From Acetobacteraceae bacterium (lineage in GTDB: Bacteria; Pseudomonadota; Alphaproteobacteria; Acetobacterales; Acetobacteraceae), in the NCBI GenBank assembly GCA_965276715.1, contig OZ255622.1, positions 2,534,642-2,598,641 on the forward strand: a DNA stretch of 64,000 nt, given 5' to 3'. The position numbers were made by a program, and so were the translations under genes. Under the pieces are notes generated by a model. It did not search any database, was not told the DNA's origin, and worked only from the letters and a program-made list of their open reading frames with translations. Position 1 is the stretch's first letter, and each line of letters starts with the position of its first letter. Shown here piece by piece: positions 51,298 to 60,260 of this stretch.

Positions 51298-54200
51298 ATG
51301 ATCCAGGGCGGTCTGTTCACGCGTGACTTCCTCCTGGAGGGCGTCACGACCGAACCCGCTTGGCGGGCGCTGACCGACCTTCACGTGGCTGCCGCACGCG
51401 CTCGGCTCATTGCGTTGTCGACGCCGTTCGCGAGCCAGCGTGAGCCCAACGAGGCCGAGACCGAGGCGCAACTGATCTTTCCCGCACTCGAGGATGTGCT
51501 GGATTGGCCTGACTGGCTGCCGCAACAGAACCAGTCCGCCTCCGGCCGGTCGGACGTGCCCGATGCGCTGCTGTTCGCCGATGCGGAGACACTGTCTCGC
51601 GCGCGGGCCGAGCCGGCATGGCAGCGATTTCAGCGAGGCTTGTGCCTCGTCGAGTCGAAGCGCTGGAACCGGCCGCTCGACCGTCCGGCGGACGCGCGCG
51701 GCAAACGGGGGGCCGAAGACGACTTTCCCTCGGCGCAAATCCTCCATTACCTGCGGCGCGCCGACGCGATCACCAGGGGCACGCTGCGCTGGGGCATCCT
51801 GACCAACGGCAGGCTCTGGCGGCTTTATTGGCAAGGCGCGGTTTCGGTCTCGGAGGACTTTCTCGAGATCGATCTCGGCAAGATGCTCGGGCTTCCCGGA
51901 TGCGAACCGGACCTGCTCGATGCGCGCGGTGTCGCGCCCGACCACGCGATGCGCCTGTTCCTGCTGCTGTTCGGCCGCGCGGCGTTCCTTCCCTACGAGC
52001 AGGGCCGCACCTTTCACGCCATCGCGCTCGAGCAGGGCAAGCGGTGGGAAGAGAAGGTCGCGCGCGATCTCTCGCGGGTGGTGTTCGACCAGGTGTTCCC
52101 CGTCCTGGCGCGCGCGCTGGGACGCCATGATCGGGCGCGTCCGACCGAACCGTCGGCGGCTTGGCTGGAGCTGGTCCGGACGAGCACGCTGATCCTGCTC
52201 TATCGGCTTCTGTTCGTCCTTTACGCCGAGGACCGGGACCTGCTGCCCGACGAAAGCGGGCCGTACGCGGACTACTCGCTGACGCGCATCCGGCGCGAGG
52301 TCGCCCAAGCGCGGGCCGCCGGCAAGGCCGCGTCGCCACGCGCCGCGATCTACTGGGCGCGACTGCGCGGCATCTTTGCCGCTGTGGCGCACGGCGACGA
52401 CGGGCTCGGCATTCCGCCCTACAATGGAGGCCTGTTCGAGCCCGACGCGGCGCCGTTGCTCGACCGCGTCGAGCTGCCGGACGCGGTGGTGGCCGAGATC
52501 GTGTTCGCGCTGTCCCACATCGAGAGCGAGCGCGGTCCCAAATACGTCAACTACCGCGATCTCTCGGTCCAGCAACTCGGCTCGGTATATGAGCGCATCC
52601 TGGAGTTCGGCCTGCGGCTCGGCGAGGACGGCGAGATCGCGGTGGATCGTGATGACGACGAGCGCCACGACACCGGCAGCTACTACACGCCGGAGGCACT
52701 GGTCTCGTTGATTATCGAACGCGTAGTGGGGCCGGCGGTGGCGGGGCGTTCAAAGGCGTTCGAAGCTGCGGCCGCCCGGCTGGCCACTGATCGGCGGCCG
52801 GTTGCGACCCGGTTGGCGGAGCTTGCCAAGTATGATCCCGCGTCGAAGCTGCTCGAATTGAGGGTCTGCGATCCGGCGATGGGTTCGGGGCACTTCCTGG
52901 TCAGTCTTGTCGACTGGCTTGCCACCCGCGTGTTGGCGGCGATTGCCGAGGCATCGGCGCAGGTGGGTTGGGGGGTTTATGGCTCGCCGCTACTGGGGCG
53001 CGTGGCCAGCGTGCGCGAGCGCATCCTGTCGGAAGCGAAAATCCACGGCTGGCCGGTGCTGCCCGAGCAGCTCGACGACCGGCATGTCGTCCGGCGGATG
53101 ATCCTCAAGCGCGTGGTGCATGGGGTCGACAAGAACCCGATGGCGGTCGAGCTCGCCAAGGTGTCGCTGTGGCTGCACACGTTCACGGTCGGCGCGCCGC
53201 TGTCGTTCCTCGACCACCATCTGCGCTGCGGCGACAGCATCGTGGGCGCATGGGTCGCGTCTACCCTGGATGCGGTGGCGCAAGGCGGCGGGCTGCTGGC
53301 CCGCGGCGAGATCGCGCGGGTCGAGCACATCGCCGGCGAGATGACCAAGATCGAGGAGATCACCGATAACGATGTCGCCGAGGTGAAGGCGTCCATGCAC
53401 GCGTTCGGCGCAATCGCGGACACGACGCGCGAGCTCGATGCGTTCTTTTCGCTGATGACAGCCCGGCCGGCGCTCGGCATCGACCTCGACCCGAAACTCA
53501 AGCCGCCCCGGGCGAGCCCGCGCCAGTTGCGCGCCGCCGGCGCCGATGCGGGCAGGATCGCGACCGCCGCCAAACAGCAGCTTGCCTATGATCGGGCGGC
53601 CGCCTTCAAGGCGGTGCTCGGCGGACAATACGGCGACCCGCTGACGCTCGCTTCGGGCGCGCTGGTCATCGACACGCCGGATGAGGATTCCGACCAGTCG
53701 CTGCTCGTCGAGGTCGGCGAGGCGATGGACCGGCGCCGTCGCGCGGCGTCGCTCCTGTCGGATGCGCGGTCGCTGACCGCGCGCGAGCGGTTCCTGCACT
53801 GGCAGATCGCTTTCCCCAATATCTGGCGGCATCTGACTTACGCCGCGCCGGACGGCGGCTTCGACGCGGTGATCGGCAACCCGCCGTATGTGCGTCAGGA
53901 GCGGTTGGCCGGCGGTCAAGCCGGCGCTGCAAGCGGGATACGGCACGTTCGCGGGCACCGCCGATCTATATGTCTATTTCTTCGAGCAGGGTCTGCGCCT
54001 GGTCAAGCCGGGCGGCCGGGTCGCCTACGTCGTGACGAACAAGTGGCTGAAAGCGGGCTATGCCGAAGGTCTGCGGGCGATGCTGGTCGACCCCGCGCGC
54101 GCCGAGACGGAGGCGGTGATCGATTTCGGGCATGCGCGCGCGTTCTTTCCGGACGCGGACGTGTTCCCGAACGTCGTGGTCGTTCGTCGGCCGGGCGAGG

Positions 54201-55417
54201 AGGCCGCGCCCGATACCCTTACGGTCGCGGTTCCGCCGCGCGACACGCTGCCTGACGATCGCCTGGGTGCGGCGGTGGCGGCGGCGAGCTTCTCGATCGC
54301 GCGCTCGTCGTTCAGCCGCGACGGCTGGACGCTGGAGCCCAAGCCGGTGATGGATCTGCTCGCCAAGATCAAGCGCGCGGGCGTGCCGCTGGTGGAATAC
54401 GCCGGGGTAAAGCCGTACCGAGGAGTGCTGACTGGCTACAACGAGGCGTTTCTGATCGACACATCCACCCGCGATCGTTTGGTCGCCGACGACCCCGCCA
54501 GCGCGGAGATCGTCAGGCCTTATCTTCGCGGTCAGGACATTCAGCGATGGGGTGCCGATTGGGCAGGGCTCTGGATGATTTTCACTCGGCGAGGAGTAGA
54601 TATCGAGCGCTTTCCGTCGGTGCTCGGGCACCTTGAAAGGTTCAGAGTTGGGCTTGAGCCAAAATCGGATTCTTGGAGACCGAAGAACTCGAAGGACGAA
54701 TGGCCCGGACGCAAGTCGGGAAACTATGCCTGGTATGAGATTCAGGATTCGGTCGAGTACTGGAAGGAGTTTCAGAAACCGAAGATCATTTATCAAGAGA
54801 TCCAGTTTTATCCCAGCTATGCCTTTGACACTTCGGGCAGGTTTGGAAACAACAAGACCTTCATCCTGCCAACGGATGATCTTTCATTACTCGCAACACT
54901 CAACTCGCCACTGATGTGGTGGCGCAATTGGCGCGCTCTTCCTCATCTAAAGGACGAGGCGCTTTCGCCGATGGGTTATTTGGTCGAAAACTTCCCGATC
55001 GCTGTGTCGAAGGACAGCGCCGCGCATGTCGAACGGCTGATCACGTCGACCACGTCGATCCGAGCCGCGGCGTTGGCCATTCACGATTGGCTTCGCATGG
55101 AGTTCGGCCTTGAACGGCCCGGGCGTGCGCTGGAAGCGCCCGAGCGTCTGGACGCGGACGGGTTCGCGGCCGCGGTCCGCGCCGCGCTGCCGCGCAAGCG
55201 TCAGCTTTCCGCTGCCGAGATCGCGCGGCTCAAGCGCGAGCATCGCGAAACGATCCAGCCGGCCCGCGACGCCAGCGCGGAAGTGCTGCGGCTGGAGCGC
55301 CGGATTTCCGATCTCGTGAACGCGGCCTACGGGCTGACGCCCGAGGACGTCGCCTTGATGTGGTCGACCGCGCCGCCGCGTACGCCGCTCGCGCCGTCGG
55401 CTCCCCATGAGCCGTGA
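51298..55417 (+). pseudogene. type IIG restriction-modification enzyme (PD-ExK nuclease, gamma-class N6-adenine MTase and TaqI_C-like TRD), disrupted by a 1-nt frameshift
   Basis: The N-terminal part has PDALLF...VESKRW and LTNGRLWRLY. Motif I is RVCDPAMGSGHFLV and motif IV is VIGNPPYVRQE. The frame changes near 53908-53917 and the sequence continues as KPALQAGYGTFAGTADLYVYFFEQGLRLVKPGGRVAYVVTNKWL in the 53888-55417 ORF. Confidence 0.8.
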
Positions 55418-55470
55418 AACTACCAAGCTGTCAGCCGCGAAGGCGAGATGGCTGCTCCCCGCGAGCGTCG

Positions 55471-56040
55471 TTACTTGCGGTCGTCGCGATCACAGCTTGG
55501 CCTCCCGTCCGATCGGCAGGTTTCGGCGGCATCCTGGATCAGGGCATGAACCTCGCTGGTGCGCGGCAACGCCGCCAGAACCGCCGGCGTGCAGTGCCCG
55601 CCGGCATCGTCGATGCGGTTAGCCAGTTCGATCGAGGTGTGGCCGATGAAGTATTCGGAGTAATGCCCGGCCAGCTTGGTCAGGATCGCGCAGTAGGCGC
55701 GGTGGCGCGGCCTGTGCGCCAGCAGGTCGCCCTGGAGCGCCTCGTCTGCCGCACGGGCCGGATCGGCGGTCTGAGGCACATGCGCCATGGTGCCAGGGAC
55801 GTCGCGGCGAAAGATGATCATGAAAGCGCGGGCGACGTCGCGCACTGCGGCGCACTTCTCGGTGCCGCACCCGCCGGCAGTGCGGTTCGCGTCACCCACC
55901 TCATCCCAGGTCGCGGGGCCGTTCAGAATACCAGCGTAAGGATCGGGGGCCGCAGCGGCGGGTGCCATGACCGCGAGGGCCGCGGCCAGAACGGATGCGC
56001 TCCTAGTGTCCCGATTGGCAATTGCTGACCAGGAAGTCAT
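55471..56040 (-). CDS. secreted Cys-rich hypothetical protein; 5' end rebuilt by the IS630 insertion
   Basis: Signal peptide ..RSASVLAAALAVMAPAAAA. The first 12 codons (56040-56006) are IS-derived. The original ATG and 3 codons lie at 57194-57185, across the IS. Confidence 0.55.
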   Translation of the reverse strand: MTSWSAIANRDTRSASVLAAALAVMAPAAAAPDPYAGILNGPATWDEVGDANRTAGGCGTEKCAAVRDVARAFMIIFRRDVPGTMAHVPQTADPARAADEALQGDLLAHRPRHRAYCAILTKLAGHYSEYFIGHTSIELANRIDDAGGHCTPAVLAALPRTSEVHALIQDAAETCRSDGRPSCDRDDRK

Positions 56041-57184
56041 GCAGCCGTGGTTTCGGTAAGCGCGACGCGTGCTCGTTTGATTTTTGCGAGGATTTCGGCG
56101 CCCGTGGCTTTCCAGACGTATGGCTTTGGATCGGCATTGCGCACGGCGAGATAGGCTTTGATGTCACGGACCAGTTCGTTGACCGACGTGAAGCTGCCGA
56201 CACGGATCACGTCGCCGGTTAGGTCGGCGAAGAAGCGCTCGACCAGATTGAGCCACGAGGACGAGGTCGGCGTGAAGTGCATGTGGAAACGAGGGTGTCT
56301 GCCCAGCCACGCCCGCACATTGGGATGTTTATGGGTGGCGTAGTTGTCCGCGATCAGATGCAGATCGACGTCGGACGGCGTCTCGCGATCAATCTGCTTG
56401 AGGAAACGCAGCCATTCGACATGCGTGTGGCTCGCCTCGGTGCGGCTGATCAGCTTTCCGGTCAACTGGCTGAGGGCTGCGAACAGTGTGATCGTGCCAT
56501 GCCTGACGTAGTCGTGCGTCATCGTGGGCGGGCGCTTCGGCGCCAGCGGGAGGCCCAGTTGCGTGCGTTCGAGCGCCTGGCATTGGCTTTTCTCGTCGCA
56601 GCACAGCACCAGCGCCTTCGCGGGCGGATTGAGATACAGCCCGATGACGTCCCAGAACTTCTCCTCGAATTTCGGATCGTTCGACAGCTTGAAGGTCCTC
56701 AGACGATGTGGCTTGAGGTCGTTCCTCGACCACAGGCGCTGGACCGAACTCGCGGAGACCCCGGCGTGACGGCTCATCGACCGCAGGCTCCAGCGGCGTC
56801 TACCCTTCGGCGGACGGGTCGCTTCGGTCAGCACGCGTGCCACTTTCACCTCCGGGATCGAAGCCTTGCGGCCACGACCCGGTCGATCATCCAGCCCCGC
56901 AAGACCGAACCTCTCGAACCGCCTCGACCACGTCGAGACGCGCTTGGGCGTCGTATTCAGCCGCTCGGCGACGGCTTCAACCCCGACGCCGTCGAGCCGA
57001 AGCAGGATGATGTCGGCACGCTCGCGCTCCCGCACGTCGACGATGGCCGACCGCGACCGGCGTCGAAGCTCCGTGACAGCGCCAGGTTCAGCACGCAGTC
57101 GCTTGATCGGTCGTCCCATCAAGGCATTTCTCCCGAAACTCTCACGATCAGGAGATATTAGTCGGCAATTGCGGAGCAGGACAC
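56006..57184 (-). mobile_element. IS630-family insertion sequence (1179 bp) with TA target duplication at a CTAG site
   Basis: Terminal inverted repeats are gtgtcccgattggcaattgc (56006-) and gtgtcctgctccgcaattgc (reverse complement of -57184). TA lies at 56004-56005 and at 57185-57186. The element carries a single transposase ORF. Confidence 0.85.
56037..57119 (-). CDS. IS630-family (DDE_3) transposase
   Basis: HTH region, LVLCCDEKSQCQALERTQ, HLIADNYATHKH and FTPTSSSWLNLVERFF. Start at MGRPIKR, inside the IS boundary. Confidence 0.85.
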   Translation of the reverse strand: MGRPIKRLRAEPGAVTELRRRSRSAIVDVRERERADIILLRLDGVGVEAVAERLNTTPKRVSTWSRRFERFGLAGLDDRPGRGRKASIPEVKVARVLTEATRPPKGRRRWSLRSMSRHAGVSASSVQRLWSRNDLKPHRLRTFKLSNDPKFEEKFWDVIGLYLNPPAKALVLCCDEKSQCQALERTQLGLPLAPKRPPTMTHDYVRHGTITLFAALSQLTGKLISRTEASHTHVEWLRFLKQIDRETPSDVDLHLIADNYATHKHPNVRAWLGRHPRFHMHFTPTSSSWLNLVERFFADLTGDVIRVGSFTSVNELVRDIKAYLAVRNADPKPYVWKATGAEILAKIKRARVALTETTAA

Positions 57185-57267
57185 TAGTGGACATGGCCAA
57201 CCGGCACTTGCCTGACTTGCAAAAAGAGAAAGATGGAGAAATCCAGCCGCGACCGTTCTGAAAAAGT

Positions 57268-57528
57268 TCAGTTGATTTTCTCGAAAGCCCAGATCGCTAC
57301 GCCGCCCATGATGATAATGAGCACTCCGAGCGCAGCCATGCCAACCCGCACCGGCGTAGCCTGCGAGGGGATCGCGGCAGACGCCACGATCGGCCCGGAA
57401 ATCAGAAGGGTGATCCCGCATCCGAGCATAGATCTGTTCAAGATGATTATGCCGACGAAGAAAACGAGGAAGCCGCCAGCGAAGATGTATCGCGACGCTT
57501 TAGACGGCGAGGGGCTGCTGTAGCTCAC
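57268..57528 (-). CDS. small multi-TM membrane protein (partner B of the module)
   Basis: 86 aa with about 3 TM segments. Overlaps the 3' end of 57500-58132. Counterpart of 5206-5496. Confidence 0.55.
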   Translation of the reverse strand: MSYSSPSPSKASRYIFAGGFLVFFVGIIILNRSMLGCGITLLISGPIVASAAIPSQATPVRVGMAALGVLIIIMGGVAIWAFEKIN

Positions 57529-58132
57529 GTGATCTCATTCCTGCTTCGCGCTCATAGACCGATTTCAGTGCCGGAAGCTTCGCCTTGAAGGAGGCGTTCT
57601 CGAGCACGTTTTCGACTTTCTCGCTAAGGGTATCGGCACCGCTCACGGCGGCAAAGATTACCCCAGCGCCAGCAAGCGGCGGTGCAACCAACTTCGACAC
57701 CAGACCGGCAAGCGAGGTCACCCCGAGCAACGGCGCAATCCATTCGCAGAGGGTTGAAAGCCGAATGCGATCATCAGCAAGCGTGGCCGGCTTGCGACCG
57801 GTATCGATCGCCGCTTTCGCTTCAATGAATTCCGAGTTCGACAGGCACCATGGGTGCTCATACGCCCGGATCGGGTCCACGGCAGTTCCGCTGCCGGTCC
57901 CATACATCCCTGCCCTCTTGCTCTCAAGCTCACGCCAGAAAGCGGCGTCCGAGCCGAAGGGATAGCTCTTTCCGGCTTTATCGAAAATCAGCTTGCCCCA
58001 GCTGTTGCGGACGGACACTGGCAGGAAGCGCCAAGTTACGAGAACCCCGATGCCCTGAGCCCGCGTTCTGTCGGCACCCACAAGGCTCGGATTGATGCCG
58101 ACCCGCTCCGCCCATTCCGTCGTCAAAAGCAT
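57500..58132 (-). CDS. hypothetical HPWC-motif protein with central Gly/Ala-rich hydrophobic segment (partner A of the module)
   Basis: 210 aa starting at MLLTTEW, with GAGGGG 8 nt upstream. About 55% identical to the restored 4633-5261 product. No family recognised. Confidence 0.6.
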   Translation of the reverse strand: MLLTTEWAERVGINPSLVGADRTRAQGIGVLVTWRFLPVSVRNSWGKLIFDKAGKSYPFGSDAAFWRELESKRAGMYGTGSGTAVDPIRAYEHPWCLSNSEFIEAKAAIDTGRKPATLADDRIRLSTLCEWIAPLLGVTSLAGLVSKLVAPPLAGAGVIFAAVSGADTLSEKVENVLENASFKAKLPALKSVYEREAGMRSRELQQPLAV

Positions 58133-58257
58133 ATGCCGTCCCCCTCGCATAAACGTCTGTATCATCGCTCGGGCCGATTTCAGATCGCCTCACGCGAGAG
58201 GACGAGGGACTTTATGTCGGTGTCGGACTCCAATGAGCATTGGGTTACGGCGGGTTT

Positions 58258-58310
58258 GGGGGCGCCTGCCCCCAACGGGGTGCGGGGCAGCGCCCCGCTG
58301 CTTCGACTTT
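58258..58310 (+). repeat. REP-like double hairpin (copy 2)
   Basis: gggggc-gcct-gccccc followed by gcggggc-agc-gccccgc. See 37378-37430. Confidence 0.5.
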
Positions 58311-58315
58311 CGCGC

Positions 58316-59284
58316 TCAGTGCACTACCACCGGCAGTGCGGTGTCGGCGTCGCGGATGGCGATCGGCGTCATGCCGGCCGGGTCGCCGTCGGCCTGGGCC
58401 GGCTGGGTGCCGCCGAGGATCTCGATCCGCGCGGCGCGCACGAGTTCCAGGCTGTGCGCGCGCCCGAGGCGGTCGAGCACCAGGGCGGCACCGTAGCCGA
58501 GGGCGGCTCGGGCACCGCTGTGGCGGAACAGGGCCACCGAGAAGCCGGGCTCCGAGCAGCGCGCCTGTGGGGCCAGCGTGTAGGCGCCGCCGTAGAAGCG
58601 GCCCTTGCTGACGACGACGCTGGCCGCCTCGGTGGCGATTCCGTCCAGGGTGACGCGGATCGGCAGGTAGTCGTAGCGGCCGATCTCGCGCAGCGTCTGC
58701 AGCGTGTAGGCCTGACGCCCGATGGCGCGCTTGAGCCGGTGGCTGACCCGATGGACGACCTGCGCGTCGAGGCCGACGCCGAGCATCTGGACGAATACGC
58801 GGTCACCGTTGGTGCCCTCGGCGACGCCTGGCCAGAGTGTGCGGGTGCGGCCGAAGGCGAGTGCCGCCGCGATCGCCTTCGCGTGATGCGGCAGGCCCAG
58901 CTCGTGGGAGAGCACGTTCGCGGTGCCGAGCGGAATGATGCCGAGCGAGGATGTGCTGCCGAGGAGACCCGCCGCGACCTCGGCGATGGTGCCGTCGCCG
59001 CCCGCGGCCACGACGATGCGCTCGTTGGTGCCGGCGGCCTCGCGTGCGAGCAGGGTCGCATGGCCGGCCGATTGCGTCTCGGCGATTCGCGGCTGCAGGC
59101 CGTTGGCGATCAGCACGTCGACGACCCGCCAGAGGGCCGCGATCCGACGTCGTCCGGCGATCGGATTGTAGATGATGACCACGTGCGGTGACGGCTCGAT
59201 CCATGACTGGGGCCGAACGGCTCGGCGCCGCATCGGGCATTGGAGCCGACTGTAGGAAGGTCGGCCGACGGCGGCTTGTGACAT
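58316..59284 (-). CDS. diacylglycerol-kinase-family lipid kinase (YegS/BmrU-like)
   Basis: VVIIYNPIAGRRR and AAGGDGTI. The start is uncertain (59284 or 59233). Confidence 0.75.
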   Translation of the reverse strand: MSQAAVGRPSYSRLQCPMRRRAVRPQSWIEPSPHVVIIYNPIAGRRRIAALWRVVDVLIANGLQPRIAETQSAGHATLLAREAAGTNERIVVAAGGDGTIAEVAAGLLGSTSSLGIIPLGTANVLSHELGLPHHAKAIAAALAFGRTRTLWPGVAEGTNGDRVFVQMLGVGLDAQVVHRVSHRLKRAIGRQAYTLQTLREIGRYDYLPIRVTLDGIATEAASVVVSKGRFYGGAYTLAPQARCSEPGFSVALFRHSGARAALGYGAALVLDRLGRAHSLELVRAARIEILGGTQPAQADGDPAGMTPIAIRDADTALPVVVH

Positions 59285-59402
59285 CTCCGAGACAGAAAAG
59301 TAACGGAAGATCTAACGCCGCGGTACAGACGTCATGTAAGATTCACATGGACATGTTACGGAATTGTCTATCAGGGCCGCGCCAAAGGAATGAGCGTGCC
59401 GC

Positions 59403-60260
59403 ATGAACGCGAGTCTCTCATTGCCGCTGCCGCTCGCTTCGGCCGCGTCCCGCGCCGTCTCGCCACAGGCCTTGCGTTTCCGGAGCGTGTTCATCTCGGA
59501 CGTCCATCTGGGCTCGCGCGGCGCGCGCTGCGACTTCCTCGCCGATTTCCTGCGCCGGATGTCGTGCGAGAACCTGTTCCTCGTGGGCGACATCATCGAT
59601 GGCTGGAAGCTGAGGAAGTCCTGGCACTGGGACGCGGCGCATGACGAGGTGTTGCGCCTGATCCTCAGCCACGCCCGGCGTGGGGCCGAGGTCACCTACA
59701 TTCCCGGCAACCACGACGAGATGTTCCGAAGCTGGCTCGGACTCGGGCTCGAGGTCGGCGGGATCAAGTTGCGGTCGCAGGCGGAGCATCTCACCGCCGA
59801 CGGCAAGCGGATCCTGGTCATGCATGGCGACGAATTCGACAGCGTCGTGCGCTACGCCAAGTTCCTCGCCTATCTCGGCGACTGGGCGTACGGCGTGGCG
59901 CTGGAGGCGAACCGCGTGTTCAACGCGCTGCGCCGCCGGCTCGGCTATTCCTACTGGTCGCTGTCGGCCTGGCTGAAGCGGCAGGTCAAGGAGGCCGTCA
60001 AGGCGATCGACCGCTTCGAGACCGCGCTCGCCGACGAAGCCAGGCAGCGTGGTTTCGACGGGGTGGTGTGCGGTCATATCCATCACGCCGAGATGCGGGA
60101 GGTGCACGGTGTGCGCTACATGAACGACGGCGACTGGGTGGAGAGCTGCACGGCGTTGGTGGAGCACCATGACGGCCGCTTCGAGCTGCTGGAATGGGCG
60201 GCGCTCAACGAATTCTCGTTCGCGGCACCGCGTGGCGCGATGGTGGCCGAACCTGTCTGA
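59403..60260 (+). CDS. UDP-2,3-diacylglucosamine diphosphatase-like metallophosphoesterase (LpxH family)
   Basis: FISDVHLGSRG, LVGDIIDGWKL, IPGNHDE and CGHIHH. Confidence 0.75.
   Translation: MNASLSLPLPLASAASRAVSPQALRFRSVFISDVHLGSRGARCDFLADFLRRMSCENLFLVGDIIDGWKLRKSWHWDAAHDEVLRLILSHARRGAEVTYIPGNHDEMFRSWLGLGLEVGGIKLRSQAEHLTADGKRILVMHGDEFDSVVRYAKFLAYLGDWAYGVALEANRVFNALRRRLGYSYWSLSAWLKRQVKEAVKAIDRFETALADEARQRGFDGVVCGHIHHAEMREVHGVRYMNDGDWVESCTALVEHHDGRFELLEWAALNEFSFAAPRGAMVAEPV

Noticed and set aside
57158-57421. An 87-aa minus-strand ORF spanning the IS630 end and the upstream region of the interrupted gene.
   Set aside because: It crosses the IS boundary at 57184 in a frame unrelated to either the transposase or the target gene, and it has a poor composition.
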